Counted from the stretch's first letter, positions 48,184 through 59,080 are shown. The stretch: DNA of 64,000 bases from Syntrophales bacterium (GCA_040767195.1 JAXGPA010000003.1:64001-128000); one strand, 5' to 3'. Numbers and translations are program-made. The notes: generated from the letters alone by a model not told the origin.

Positions 48184-48970
48184 GGCGCCTCGTCAAACCG
48201 AACACGGCCTCCATGTAGGCCCTGAATCCACGAAGGAAAAGATCATTGTGGTTGGCCCCGGCGATCTTCAGAAAACGCTTTTCCTCTGAAGGGCAGGCGG
48301 CGAAGAGAGCTTCCCCGTCCGACAGGGGGATGATGTGATCGTGTTCCGCGTGGATGATGAGGACCGGCTTTTCGAAGGTGGAAATCCGGGAAAGATTGAA
48401 ACGGTCTTCTCTTTCCGTTATTTCAGGGGGGATGGGGGTTGCCCCGACAAGACGGAGAAGGGGGACGATCCGGGCGAACCCGCTTTCGATGATGAGCCCG
48501 TCGATCCGGTCCTGGAAAGCTGCGGCGATCTCCAGGGCCGAGGCGCTCCCGAGGGATCTTCCCATGACGACGAGAGGGCCGCTGAATGATTCACGGGCGA
48601 GAAGATCCAGGAAAAAAGTGAAGATTTCCCGTGCGTCGCCGAGCATGGCCGATACGGTGGGAGACCCCGTTGAACGGCCGTACCCCCGGTAGTCGGCGAC
48701 GATGAAATTGAGACCGAGGCCGGTGTAAACGGGGGCGAGATCATCGTAATCGGCTGCGATCTCACCATTTCCATGAAAGAAGAGAACATGGGGACCTTCC
48801 CGATTGTCCCCGTGAAACCGGGCCCCGACGACGTCGCCTCCGGTCACGGGAATGAGATAATCCCGGCTTCCCGGCCGCGCCCCCGGGCCGCTCACCTCGG
48901 GCCTGGGATGGAAGAGCCTCTCGGAAACCAGGGGCGTGTCAAGAAAAGTGAGATTTGAACGATCGGTCAT
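48161..48970 (-). CDS. Alpha/beta hydrolase
   Basis: FHGNGE, DYRGYG, GRSLGS, ANHND. Confidence 0.9.
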   Translation of the reverse strand: MTDRSNLTFLDTPLVSERLFHPRPEVSGPGARPGSRDYLIPVTGGDVVGARFHGDNREGPHVLFFHGNGEIAADYDDLAPVYTGLGLNFIVADYRGYGRSTGSPTVSAMLGDAREIFTFFLDLLARESFSGPLVVMGRSLGSASALEIAAAFQDRIDGLIIESGFARIVPLLRLVGATPIPPEITEREDRFNLSRISTFEKPVLIIHAEHDHIIPLSDGEALFAACPSEEKRFLKIAGANHNDLFLRGFRAYMEAVFGLTRRLIAPRSS

Positions 48971-49013
48971 GATCACACTCCTTCCTCCTTCCTCCGTCCA
49001 CCCGTCCCGCCCG

Positions 49014-50744
49014 TCAGCTCGAAACGGCCGCGTCCCGCAGCTTTAATTGAATGGTGGATACGCCGTTCCAGCGGTTCGTCTGGGGCGTGAAGGCGATGTC
49101 CATCCTGTCGCCGCAGGACATCTGCCGGAAAAGGTGGGCTTTTTTGAACCAGATGGACCCGTGGGAGGTCTCCCGGTCCTGGACCTGCATCTTCAGGTGG
49201 TTGTTTTTCAAAACCACCGGGGATGTGACCCGGATGTCCCGGGCACAGAGAACAGGCTCCGGGTTGGCGTTTCCGAAAGGGGCGAGCTTAGCGAAATCCT
49301 CCATGAGCTTCCATCCGATCTCTTCGAGGCCGCACTCGGCGTCGATGGACGTCCGCGGAATGAGTTCGGAAAGATGGATGCTTTCAAGGATGGCCTTGTT
49401 CAGGGTCGAAGACAGTTCGTCGATGTCTTCCTCCCGGATGGAAAGTCCCGCCGCGTAACGGTGGCCGCCATAACCGAGAAGGAAAGGCTCGCAGGACTTT
49501 TTCAGCCACTCGTAGAGATTGAATTCGGCGATGCTTCTTCCCGAACCTTTTCCGATCCCCTCCCGAAGGCTGATGAGAATGGCGGGGCGGTAAAACCGGT
49601 CCACCAGCTTCGAGGCCACGATCCCGATGACGCCGGGATGCCAGCTTTCCGACGCGAAGACGAGAAAACCCCGTTTACGCAGGCTTTCGTCGGACCGCAT
49701 GCGAAGGAGGATGTCCTCGAAGATGTTCCGCTCGATTTCCTGGCGCTCCCGGTTGAAACCGTCCAGGCGTTCCGCCAGTCTCGCCGCTTCCAGCGGGTCG
49801 TCAGTGAGAAGGAGGCGGACGGCATCTTCCGCGGACCCCAGCCGGCCGGCGGCGTTGATTCTCGGCACCAGGTAAAAAGACACGTCGACGGCGTCCAGGG
49901 GGCCCGACGGGGCATAGGTCGCCCTGTCCTTCAGGGCCCGGATTCCCGGACGTTTTCCCTCGTTGATGAGATCCATGCCGATCTTGACGAAGATCCGGTT
50001 CTCGTCGAGAAGGGGAGAGATGTCGCCCAGGGTGCCGATGGTCACGAGGTCGAGATACTCCCGGAGGTTGGGATAGGGTCTGCCGGTCCAGAAACCGGCC
50101 GTTCGAAGGGTTCCCCGCAGAGCGATGAGAAAATTGAACACAATGCCGACGGCGGCCATGTATTTGAAGGGGAAGGGGCAATCGGATCTCTGGGGGTTGA
50201 TGACGGCCGCCGCACGGGGAAGGCTGTCGGGCACCTTGTGGTGATCAAGAATGACCGTGTCCACACCGGTGGACCGGGCGTATTCTATGGCGTCGTGATC
50301 GGTGATGCCGCAGTCCACGGTGATGATCAGCCGGGCCCCCCGGCTCCGGATATCATCCACGGCTTCCCGGTTCAGGCCGTACCCCTCGGAAAGGCGATGG
50401 GGAATGTAGTAGGAAACCCGGGGGTGAATTTCCCTCAGAAATTTAACGAGACAGACCGTGGACGTGATGCCGTCGGCGTCGTAATCCCCATAGACCGCAA
50501 GGGGTTCCTTCCGGTAGAGGGCCTCCACGACCCGGTCCACGCCCCTTTTCATGTCAACCATGAGGAAGGGGTTGTGAAGATCCGCCAGGACGGGGTTGAA
50601 AAATTTTTTCGCCCGGTCTGTGTCGACAATGCCGCGGTTCACCAGGATACGGGAAGTGAGCGGCTCTACACTCAGTTCTTCCCGAAGCGCCCTTTCGGCG
50701 TCTCCATCGGGCCTGGGAAAGTTCCACCGGGTTGTGGGAATCAT
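49014..50744 (-). CDS. recJ: ssDNA exonuclease RecJ
   Basis: GDYDADG, TVDCG, DHH, PRINAAGR, GSGRS, GGH, PFGNANP. Confidence 0.97.
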   Translation of the reverse strand: MIPTTRWNFPRPDGDAERALREELSVEPLTSRILVNRGIVDTDRAKKFFNPVLADLHNPFLMVDMKRGVDRVVEALYRKEPLAVYGDYDADGITSTVCLVKFLREIHPRVSYYIPHRLSEGYGLNREAVDDIRSRGARLIITVDCGITDHDAIEYARSTGVDTVILDHHKVPDSLPRAAAVINPQRSDCPFPFKYMAAVGIVFNFLIALRGTLRTAGFWTGRPYPNLREYLDLVTIGTLGDISPLLDENRIFVKIGMDLINEGKRPGIRALKDRATYAPSGPLDAVDVSFYLVPRINAAGRLGSAEDAVRLLLTDDPLEAARLAERLDGFNRERQEIERNIFEDILLRMRSDESLRKRGFLVFASESWHPGVIGIVASKLVDRFYRPAILISLREGIGKGSGRSIAEFNLYEWLKKSCEPFLLGYGGHRYAAGLSIREEDIDELSSTLNKAILESIHLSELIPRTSIDAECGLEEIGWKLMEDFAKLAPFGNANPEPVLCARDIRVTSPVVLKNNHLKMQVQDRETSHGSIWFKKAHLFRQMSCGDRMDIAFTPQTNRWNGVSTIQLKLRDAAVSS

Positions 50745-50866
50745 GAACGGCCCCTTCCTGTTCTCAAAAATAACCAAGTTTGTTTCTCTGTGTATATGAA
50801 CGATGGACCCCGGCGTGTCAAGCGGGAAATCGGGCGGATTCACAAATTATCCCTTGATCTTTCGCA

Positions 50867-51130
50867 GTGCCGGTGTTACAAAAATCCCGTCCGGAGGAAC
50901 CGGTGGCCGCATCGTGGTGTCGAAAAATCGTCGAGGTCAAGCGCCGGGAGATCTCTTACCTGAAATTCATTCTCGAGGGTTATGACGGTCTCGTCACGGT
51001 GACGACGGTGGACGGGAACCGCGGGTGGGTGTCCTTGAGCTTCCCCCCTTCCGTATTACCCGACGTGGAGAGAGTTCTCGAGGCGCTGAAAGAGGAAATT
51101 GCCCTTGCCGAGATAAAGTTTCCCCCTTGA
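50867..51130 (+). CDS. DUF4911-like small protein; start uncertain
   Basis: RREISYLKFILEGYDGLVTVTTVD. Confidence 0.75.
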   Translation: MPVLQKSRPEEPVAASWCRKIVEVKRREISYLKFILEGYDGLVTVTTVDGNRGWVSLSFPPSVLPDVERVLEALKEEIALAEIKFPP

Positions 51131-51143
51131 GGAGAATGGGTCC

Positions 51144-51593
51144 ATGAAATCATCACCCCGTTTTTATCTCTTGATGATCCTGCTGCTCGTTCCGCTGGTC
51201 ACGGGCATGGGGTCCCTTTTCGGTGACGAGCCGGCGGGCAAAATCCCCGAGCCTGATGAAAAACAGGAAGCCCTCTTTGTGGATCAGATGGGGGTGGCCA
51301 CGGCCTGCCGGGACGTCAGCATCGACGGAAACACTTACATAGAGGGAAAGAGGGGTTCAGGAACCTACACGGTCCCCTTCGACAGGATACGGGAGATCGT
51401 CTTTTTCATGAAAGAGGGGGTCTTGAAAGGGGTGGTGAGCCTGAAAACGGGGGATTCGGTGGAACTCGTTTTGAAGAGTGACCGGAAGGCATACGGCAGA
51501 ACGGCCTATGGAACGTTCCGTATCCCCCTGGGGGAACTCCGAAAGATGTCCTTCTCCCCGTCGAACGGCGGGGAAAAGGAGAAGGAGAAATAA
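51144..51593 (+). CDS. Hypothetical exported protein
   Basis: Signal-like N-terminus followed by GMG; SD GAGGAG. Confidence 0.75.
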   Translation: MKSSPRFYLLMILLLVPLVTGMGSLFGDEPAGKIPEPDEKQEALFVDQMGVATACRDVSIDGNTYIEGKRGSGTYTVPFDRIREIVFFMKEGVLKGVVSLKTGDSVELVLKSDRKAYGRTAYGTFRIPLGELRKMSFSPSNGGEKEKEK

Positions 51594-51622
51594 AAAATCC
51601 CGGTCCCGCAGGGGAACCGGGA
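51592..51622 (-). terminator. Terminator after rpmB
   Basis: ATCCCGGT...ACCGGGAT stem with a T-tract on the minus strand. Confidence 0.65.
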
Positions 51623-51640
51623 TCGTCTCAACAGGGTTTT

Positions 51641-51838
51641 TCAGAGCGCCTTCTTGACGAATCCCGACTTGATGCACCGTGTGCAGACCTTCATCCGCTT
51701 CACGCCCCCCGTCTTGGGGTTGACGACACGAAGCCGCTGAAGGTTCGGGTACCATACCCGCTTCGTCTTGTTGTTCGCGTGGCTGACACTGTGCCCCACG
51801 GAGGGCTTTTTACCGCATACTTCACAGATTCGAGACAT
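51641..51838 (-). CDS. rpmB: 50S ribosomal protein L28 (zinc-ribbon, C+ form)
   Basis: [10 protein letters not shown]...[13 protein letters not shown]...VCTRC. Confidence 0.98.
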   Translation of the reverse strand: MSRICEVCGKKPSVGHSVSHANNKTKRVWYPNLQRLRVVNPKTGGVKRMKVCTRCIKSGFVKKAL

Positions 51839-51908
51839 TTTGGGCTGCTCCTTCCGGAAATTGGAGAGACTTCATAAAACATATCGTCCAACAATTCAAG
51901 CTTTTTCT

Positions 51909-53210
51909 TCATTTCATCACCGGGGGCTGACCGGTGGCCTCCAGGACGCGCATCCATAAGACCCCCTGGGGATCCACTTTTTTCCGCTTTGTCACCGTCT
52001 TTATGGGCAGGTGAACGTACTCGCCGTTGTAAAGCCCGACCACCATCCCCGTTTTTCCCGCCATCCCCGCGTGGACGGCGTAATGACCGAGTAGCTCGCA
52101 GTACAGGCTGTCGATGGCCCCGGCGGGAACGCTGCGGATCGTGTAACTCGGGTCAAAATATTTCAGGTTGATTTCCCAGTTCCGTTTCTCGAAAAATCTT
52201 TCGATTTCCGTCTTCAGGTGAAGACCGATATCGAACAGCCTGAGGTTTCCCGACGCGTCCCGGCCCTGGAAACCGTCGCTGGAGAAGAAGTCCTGGCCGG
52301 CCCCTTCGGCGACGAGAATGACGGCATGCCCCCTTTTCCTCAACCGCTTCGCCAGCACGGAGAGAAACCCCTTTTCGCCGTTCAGGGCGAAGGGAACCTC
52401 GGGGATGAGGACATAATTGACGTCGTTCTGGGCCAGGGCGGCCGACACGGCGATGTGACCGGACTGCCGTCCCATGATTTTAACGAGACCGATCCCGAAG
52501 GGGGCCCCCTTGGCTTCCACGTGGGCGCATTGAATGACTTTTACGGTTTCTGAAATGGCCGTGTCGAAGCCGAAAGTCCTGTCAATGAGATTCAGGTCGT
52601 TGTCTATGGTCTTGGGTATTCCTATAACGCTTATGGTAAGGCCTCTGCCGGTGATTGTCTCGGTGATTTTCTCCGCCGCCTTCATCGTCCCGTCGCCGCC
52701 GATGCAGAAAAGGAGGTTGATGTCCCGGGCCGTCAGCGTATCCACGATGGCGTCGATGTCCTGCCCCCCCCGGGAAGAGGACAGGATGCTTCCTCCCAGT
52801 GTGTGAATATCCTTGACATAATCAGGAGTAAGCGGGACCACTTCATGACCGTAGCGGGGAATGAATCCCTGGAGCCCGTAGCGGATACCCTCGATACGGG
52901 TCACCCCGTATCGATAGGTGAGCTGCATGACCACGGAACGGATGACATCGTTGATTCCCGGGCAAAGGCCTCCGCAGGTGACGATGGCGGCCGTCACTTT
53001 CTGCGAGTCAAAAAATATTTTTTCCCGCGGTCCGGCCACTTCCAGAGAGGCGGGCGCGCCGCCCTGGTCCAGGACGAGATTGTAATCATCGGTGAAATGT
53101 CGGAAGAGAACCCGCCGCGTTTCAGGAACGAACGTGGTGGCGGAAAGAGGGCAGGCGATCCCCGGAACCCCCAGTTGGCGAATGCTGAAATCCGTATTTG
53201 TCTCATTCAT
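51909..53210 (-). CDS. pfkA: ATP-dependent 6-phosphofructokinase (group X-like)
   Basis: TCGGLCPG, GGDGT, IPKTIDND, MGR, DPSYTIRS. Confidence 0.93.
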   Translation of the reverse strand: MNETNTDFSIRQLGVPGIACPLSATTFVPETRRVLFRHFTDDYNLVLDQGGAPASLEVAGPREKIFFDSQKVTAAIVTCGGLCPGINDVIRSVVMQLTYRYGVTRIEGIRYGLQGFIPRYGHEVVPLTPDYVKDIHTLGGSILSSSRGGQDIDAIVDTLTARDINLLFCIGGDGTMKAAEKITETITGRGLTISVIGIPKTIDNDLNLIDRTFGFDTAISETVKVIQCAHVEAKGAPFGIGLVKIMGRQSGHIAVSAALAQNDVNYVLIPEVPFALNGEKGFLSVLAKRLRKRGHAVILVAEGAGQDFFSSDGFQGRDASGNLRLFDIGLHLKTEIERFFEKRNWEINLKYFDPSYTIRSVPAGAIDSLYCELLGHYAVHAGMAGKTGMVVGLYNGEYVHLPIKTVTKRKKVDPQGVLWMRVLEATGQPPVMK

Positions 53211-54666
53211 GACGCGTACCTCCAAGAATCGCATCGGCTGAAAAAATACCCGAAAGAATCTCCCCGTCGAAACCCAGCTCGGGAAACTGGAGGCCGCCGG
53301 TGAGAAAGACCTGTTCCAGAGGCGTTTTCGAGGGGAAACCGGACAGGGGGGAAACCCAGGAGAGAGGAGCGCCATACTTGTGGTTCAGCATTTCCTGGTA
53401 CTTCCGAGAAAAATCCATGGACCAGGACGGGTCCAGAAAGACCAGCCTGTCTCTGAGGAAGGGTAGAAAAACCAAAACATTCCGGAGCACGGTCTTGAAA
53501 ACATCCTCCAGTTCGGCGTCGCCGAGCCTCCACGGTGACTGGTGAAGGAAAACGGTTGCGGAAAGGGCCCGACCGTCGCCGCCGAAGGACGCTTCGTTCT
53601 CCCCGGGACCTGCGCTGAGATAGATGAGTTCATGGGCCATCAGGGGGTGTTTTTCGTTTTCCAGAAGAACAATGGACCGTCCCGCCTGCTCGGGAAGCGC
53701 TTCCTGCCGGATGCCCATGTGGAGCGTCAGGGGATACCCGGTATGGAAGACTCTTGACCACTTCTTTTCAAGGGCTAAGAAACGGGTTCCCCTCAAGAGG
53801 ATCGGGCGCAGTTTCTCCCACTTGGTGCTCAACACGGCCCTGTCCCCCTCTATGGTCCAACATTCTCCGTCCCGGGACAGGTCCACTTCAATGCGGCGCT
53901 TGACCCGGAACCTCATGACCGTGCACCCCGAAAGAGAGACACTCCCCCCGGAGGAACAGAAACCTTCGAGAACGCGATCAAGCTCACCTTTCTCCCCCCA
54001 GATTCGCCTTCCTCCCCCGAACGAGGCCATAAAGGCGTAAGGGGAAGAAAAAGGAGGCTTCTCCGCCAATGCGGCATTGGAGAACAGAAACCCGTTCGCA
54101 TGGAGAATTTTTCCGAGCCCGGGGTGGGACTCTTCCAGGCGCTTCCTTGTTCTGCGGAAGCCAAGCCCGTTCTGTTTCTGAAGGGCCAGGTTCTTCAGCG
54201 AAAAAGCCGGGGTTTCGGTCATCCGGCCTGGCGCTTCGAAGGATCGGGAAAAAACATCGTCGAGGCAGCGGATTATTTTTTCCCCCCTGGCGTATAGTTT
54301 CTGCCAGAGGTCGGGGGAAACGTCGAATTCCCGGACGAATTCGGTGACCGTTTGCGCAGGATCGTCGAAGAGGTTCAGGCGATGGTCCCTCAGGATGAAC
54401 TGTTGACCCGGACCAGCCGGATCCCCCGCCGTCGCGGAAAAGGGGATCCCCCTTCGACGGAGCCCCTCCACGGCCAGTCCGTTTGAAACCACGCCCGGTC
54501 GGGGCAGGGGATCGGCATCGAAGAGGAATCCCCCTTTTTCGACGCGGCCCGGCATAGAATTTTCACTGAGGCGCAGGGTTTTCACTCCCGCCCTGGAGAG
54601 AACGGCGGCCGCCGTGAGACTGCTCAAGTCGCTCCCGATGACGATGCAATCGTAACGCTGGTTCAT
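53203..54666 (-). CDS. Divergent phytoene-desaturase-like FAD-fold protein
   Basis: YDCIVIGSDLSSLTAAA (degenerate GxGxxG); C-terminal TPLEQVFLTG...PELG..G. Confidence 0.7.
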   Translation of the reverse strand: MNQRYDCIVIGSDLSSLTAAAVLSRAGVKTLRLSENSMPGRVEKGGFLFDADPLPRPGVVSNGLAVEGLRRRGIPFSATAGDPAGPGQQFILRDHRLNLFDDPAQTVTEFVREFDVSPDLWQKLYARGEKIIRCLDDVFSRSFEAPGRMTETPAFSLKNLALQKQNGLGFRRTRKRLEESHPGLGKILHANGFLFSNAALAEKPPFSSPYAFMASFGGGRRIWGEKGELDRVLEGFCSSGGSVSLSGCTVMRFRVKRRIEVDLSRDGECWTIEGDRAVLSTKWEKLRPILLRGTRFLALEKKWSRVFHTGYPLTLHMGIRQEALPEQAGRSIVLLENEKHPLMAHELIYLSAGPGENEASFGGDGRALSATVFLHQSPWRLGDAELEDVFKTVLRNVLVFLPFLRDRLVFLDPSWSMDFSRKYQEMLNHKYGAPLSWVSPLSGFPSKTPLEQVFLTGGLQFPELGFDGEILSGIFSADAILGGTRHE

Positions 54667-54744
54667 GATACGAGGTTCCAAGGAAGAAGCCCTTCCATCC
54701 CTGTAACCGGACGAAAAGGCAACGTTGAGGGGTTGACGGGAAAT

Positions 54745-55422
54745 TCAGAAACGGGTGAGGGGCGGGTTGTGGAGTGGCCGGTTCTCGGCTCTCCCCCCTC
54801 CGGTCAGGCGCACTTTACGCCCGACGATTTCCAGTTTTCCCTCGGCGTAATACTGGATGGCCTGAGGATAAATCCTGTGTTCTTCTTTCAGGATCCTTTC
54901 CGCCAGGACGTCCGCCGTGTCGTCGTCAAAGACGGGGACGACGGCCTGAATGATGACCGGCCCCGTGTCGACGCCCTCGTCGGCGAAGTGGACGGTGCAG
55001 CCGCTGAACTTGACCCCGTAGTCAAAGGCCCGTTCCTGACCGTGAAGCCCCTGAAAGGAGGGAACCAGGGCCGGGTGAATGTTCATGACACGCATGGGAA
55101 AGGCCTGAAGAAAAGCCGCCGTGAGCACCCGCATGAAGCCGGCCATGACAACGAGTTCGACATCGTGCTCTTTCAGAACGGCGATCATGGCTTCGTCAAA
55201 AGCCAGCCGGTCCGAATAGTCCCGGTGGTCCAGCACCACCGCCGGAATACCGTGTTTCCTGGCCCTTTCCAGCGCATAGGCCCCGGCATTGTTGCTCACG
55301 ACGACCCGGATGACGGCGTCCAGCTTCCCTTCTTCCGTCTTGTCGATGATGGACTGGAGGTTGGATCCGCTCCCCGAGACAAGAACGCCGATGCCGAGTT
55401 TCAATGTCCTGCTTTCAGGCAA
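54745..55422 (-). CDS. purN: Phosphoribosylglycinamide formyltransferase
   Basis: SGSGSNLQ, AGFMRVL, NIHPAL, GCTVHF, DTGP. Confidence 0.98.
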   Translation of the reverse strand: MPESRTLKLGIGVLVSGSGSNLQSIIDKTEEGKLDAVIRVVVSNNAGAYALERARKHGIPAVVLDHRDYSDRLAFDEAMIAVLKEHDVELVVMAGFMRVLTAAFLQAFPMRVMNIHPALVPSFQGLHGQERAFDYGVKFSGCTVHFADEGVDTGPVIIQAVVPVFDDDTADVLAERILKEEHRIYPQAIQYYAEGKLEIVGRKVRLTGGGRAENRPLHNPPLTRF

Positions 55423-56461
55423 TGATGACCCCCTTCCGGCTGTCGTCTTTTTTATCCACCGTGCCGATGACCCATGCCTTCTCCCCGAGGACGGAAAGGC
55501 GGTCCAGGATATCGCCGGACTCCTTCTCGGGAGCGACGAGTATCATCCCGATGCCCATGTTGAAGACACGGAACATCTCCGTTTCCTCGATGCGGCCCAT
55601 GTCCTGGAGGACAGGGAAGACGGGAGGCACATCCCAGGTTCCCCTGTGAACGAGGGCCCGGCAGGGATCGGGAAGAATCCTCGGGATGTTGTCGTAAAAA
55701 CCGCCGCCGGTGACATGAACGATTCCCTTGATGTTGAAATTCTTGATGAGATTCAGGACCGCCTTCACGTAGATCCGCGTCGGCCGGAGGAGTTCCTCTC
55801 CCACGGTTATCCCGAGTCCCGGCATCTCGTCGTGTACGGTGAGTTTTCCTTCTTCGAAAACGACCTTTCGAACCAGGGAATACCCGTTGCTGTGAATGCC
55901 GCTGGAGGCGATTCCAATGAGGACATCGCCCACCCGGACCGCCGAGCCGTCTATGATTTTCTCACGGTCCACGATTCCCACGGCAAATCCCGCCAGGTCG
56001 TACTCGTCTTCCCCGTAAAACCCCGGCATTTCGGCTGTTTCTCCCCCGATGAGGGCACAGCCCGCCTCGAGGCACCCCCTGGAAATCCCTTCGACGATGG
56101 CGATGTTCCGATCCACGTCCATCTTCCCGATGGCCATGTAGTCGAGGAAAAAAAGGGGTTCCGCCCCCTGGACCACGAGATCGTTCACGTTCATGGCCAC
56201 GAGATCGATGCCGATGGTGTCGTGCTTCCCCAGCCACTGGGCGATCCTGAGCTTGGTTCCCACGCCGTCGGTGCAGGAAACGAGGACGGGATATTTCAGG
56301 CGGCTCATGTCAAGGTGGAAGAGGGCCCCGAAGCCCCCGATATTTCCCAGGACCTCCTTGCGAAAGGTGGATTTGACAAGAGGTTTTATTCTTTCGACGA
56401 AAAGGTTGGCGCCGTCGATGTCGACGCCGGCATCCTTATAAGAAAGGGACCGGTCTTTCAT
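55415..56461 (-). CDS. purM: AIR synthetase
   Basis: YKDAGVDI, TDGVGTK, GGETAEMPG, SSGIHSNGYS, FNMGIG. Confidence 0.98.
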   Translation of the reverse strand: MKDRSLSYKDAGVDIDGANLFVERIKPLVKSTFRKEVLGNIGGFGALFHLDMSRLKYPVLVSCTDGVGTKLRIAQWLGKHDTIGIDLVAMNVNDLVVQGAEPLFFLDYMAIGKMDVDRNIAIVEGISRGCLEAGCALIGGETAEMPGFYGEDEYDLAGFAVGIVDREKIIDGSAVRVGDVLIGIASSGIHSNGYSLVRKVVFEEGKLTVHDEMPGLGITVGEELLRPTRIYVKAVLNLIKNFNIKGIVHVTGGGFYDNIPRILPDPCRALVHRGTWDVPPVFPVLQDMGRIEETEMFRVFNMGIGMILVAPEKESGDILDRLSVLGEKAWVIGTVDKKDDSRKGVIIA

Positions 56462-56606
56462 GAAATCCCCCCGGAAATGAAGTGAAAGTCAGCGGCAAGA
56501 ATATTTCAAATATGTGAAAAAGTCAAATCCAACTTGTAAATGTGTAAAAAATATGTTAGGAATTTTGAACATTTATACCGCTTCCACGGGGTTTGTCTCC
56601 AGGGAT

Positions 56607-59072
56607 ATGGAAAACCTTCGAGATCTTTTCGAAAAGATTGAAAAGCCTCTTCTTTTTTCATGCCGGGATCGTTTTCGACGCCTTTCGTCGATCCGGGACC
56701 TGGAGGGAACCCTTCGGCTTTACTTGCAAAAGGGACGGGATTTTCTTCCCCTCATGCCCCTTTCCCTGGAAGAGAAGCGGGCGCTGGAAGACCGTCTCGA
56801 AGACATGGAGCGCCTCTTCACCGGTTTTGACGCCCTTCCGGCAAGGGAGAAGGAAAAGAGGATTCTCCAGGCGCTGGACCGGCTTTCCGGTCTGAAGATG
56901 ACAGTGGCTGAAAAAAAGGAGGGCTCCCGTCCGGAAGAGCCTGAAGGGGCGGACCCCTTTCTCCCTGAAGAACGGGAAAGGGCGCTTGCCGCCCCCACCC
57001 GTTCCGTCCGCGGTGTCGGCCCCCGGACAGCGGTCCTTTTAGAACGGAAAGGGCTGAAGACCGTCGAGGACCTGCTCTATTTCCTGCCGAGACGCTACGA
57101 GGACCGCCGGCAGGTGGCGGCGATGGGACAGCTTGTCCCCGGAAGAAAAGAGACTGTCCTCGGGACGGTGACCCAGGTCCGGGAAACCCGGTACGGCCGT
57201 ACCCGGAACCTGGAGGTCTTACTCACCGACGGGACGGGCATCCTCAAGGCCCGTTGGCTCAAGGGAAATTTCGCCTATCTCCGGAACCTCATCCGGCCGG
57301 GGACCCGTCTCGTCATGACCGGCCAGGTCCGGGCCTGGTTTGCCGGCCGGGACATGGTCCACCCCGATTTTGAGGTCCTCGACGACGGGGAGGGCGAGAC
57401 CCTGCACTTCCGGCGGATCGTTCCCGTCTACTCGGAAACGGAGGGACTGCACCAGAAGATCCTGCGCCGGATTCTCGCGGAGACGCTGACCGGTTTCGGC
57501 AAATACCTGTGGAGCCCCATACCGGCCGGGTATTCCGGCGGCCGGGGTGTCCCGTCTTTCCGAAAAGCCCTGGAGAGCCTTCACTATCCCGACGGGTCCG
57601 AAAACATCGATTCCTACAATGCCTTTCAATCGGAGGCGCACCGCCGCGTCATTTACGACGAGCTGTTCTTCTTTCAACTGGCCATGGCGTTCCGAAACCG
57701 GGGAGCCCGCCGTGAAAGCGGCCTTCCCTTCGAGACAGGCGGTACCCTGGTGCGGCGTTTCGTCGCGGGACTTCCTTACGCCCTCACCGGGGATCAGAAA
57801 CGGGTGATCGCCGAAATCGATCGTGACCTGGCCCGATCCTGGCCCATGCACCGTCTTCTTCAGGGCGACGTGGGGTGCGGCAAGACGGTGGTTTCCATGA
57901 TCCCTATGATCACCGCCTGCGCTAACGGCTGCCAGGCGGCCCTCATGGCGCCCACGGAGATCCTGGCCGAGCAGCACCATGCCCGGATCGCTCCCTGGGC
58001 GTCACGGCTCGGACTCGAGGCGGGCCTGGTGACCGGAAGCCGCCGCGGGCGAATACGGGAAGAAGTTCTCGAAAAAATCGGCAGGGGAGACATCCATCTT
58101 GTGGTGGGGACCCATGCCCTGATCCAGGAAGGGGTGGCCTTCCGGAAACTCGGGCTTGTCGTCATCGACGAGCAGCACCGGTTCGGGGTTCTCCAGAGGG
58201 CGACTCTCCGGGAAAAGGGTTCTTCTCCCCATGTCCTCGTCATGACGGCCACCCCCATCCCCCGCACCCTGGCCCTGACGGTCCACGGGGACCTGGACCT
58301 TTCCACGATCCGGGAACTTCCCCCCGGGCGGGAAGCCATCCGGACCCAGATCCTCACGGAACGGAATCGTCCGATGCTTTATGAGAGAATCCGCCGCGCC
58401 GTGAAGACGGGAAACCAGGCTTTTATCGTGTATCCCCTGGTGGAGGGGTCGGAAGCCCTGGATCTCAAGGACGCCACAGGCATGGCCCGGGAACTTCAGG
58501 AACGGGTTTTTCCCGAATACCCGGTGGGGCTTCTCCACGGCCGGATGAAAGGGCGCGAGAAGGAAGAGATCATGGCGGCCTTCCAGAAAGGCGAGATTCC
58601 CATCCTCGTCTCGACCACGGTCATCGAAGTGGGCATCGACGTTCCCACGGCTTCCCTGATGGTGGTGGAGCATGCCGAGCGGTTCGGGCTTTCACAGCTT
58701 CACCAGCTCCGGGGACGGGTCGGTCGGGGCGGCGGTGCCGCGCAATGCCTGCTCATGGCGGGCGATCCCCTTTCCGCCGTTTCCCGGAAAAGGCTCAAGG
58801 TCATGGCGGAAACGAACGACGGATTCCGCATCGCCGAGGAAGATCTCGAAATCCGGGGACCGGGGGAATTCATGGGAACACGGCAGTCCGGTCTCCCCGA
58901 TTTCCGGGTGGCCGACATCCTGCGGGACCGGGCACTTCTCGATGAAGCCCGGGAAGCGGCCTTCCTTGCCGCTGACGAAATGGAGAAAGAGCCGGCGGGC
59001 CGTTACGTAATCCTGCGGAAGGAACTTTTCCGCCGGTGGCGGGAGCGGCTGGCGCTCGCGGAAACGGCATGA
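56607..59072 (+). CDS. recG: ATP-dependent DNA helicase RecG
   Basis: PRRYEDR, QGDVGCGKT, DEQHRFG, TATPIPRT, QLRGRVGR, RGPGE; start uncertain. Confidence 0.97.
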   Translation: MENLRDLFEKIEKPLLFSCRDRFRRLSSIRDLEGTLRLYLQKGRDFLPLMPLSLEEKRALEDRLEDMERLFTGFDALPAREKEKRILQALDRLSGLKMTVAEKKEGSRPEEPEGADPFLPEERERALAAPTRSVRGVGPRTAVLLERKGLKTVEDLLYFLPRRYEDRRQVAAMGQLVPGRKETVLGTVTQVRETRYGRTRNLEVLLTDGTGILKARWLKGNFAYLRNLIRPGTRLVMTGQVRAWFAGRDMVHPDFEVLDDGEGETLHFRRIVPVYSETEGLHQKILRRILAETLTGFGKYLWSPIPAGYSGGRGVPSFRKALESLHYPDGSENIDSYNAFQSEAHRRVIYDELFFFQLAMAFRNRGARRESGLPFETGGTLVRRFVAGLPYALTGDQKRVIAEIDRDLARSWPMHRLLQGDVGCGKTVVSMIPMITACANGCQAALMAPTEILAEQHHARIAPWASRLGLEAGLVTGSRRGRIREEVLEKIGRGDIHLVVGTHALIQEGVAFRKLGLVVIDEQHRFGVLQRATLREKGSSPHVLVMTATPIPRTLALTVHGDLDLSTIRELPPGREAIRTQILTERNRPMLYERIRRAVKTGNQAFIVYPLVEGSEALDLKDATGMARELQERVFPEYPVGLLHGRMKGREKEEIMAAFQKGEIPILVSTTVIEVGIDVPTASLMVVEHAERFGLSQLHQLRGRVGRGGGAAQCLLMAGDPLSAVSRKRLKVMAETNDGFRIAEEDLEIRGPGEFMGTRQSGLPDFRVADILRDRALLDEAREAAFLAADEMEKEPAGRYVILRKELFRRWRERLALAETA

Positions 59073-59080
59073 AATATGTT

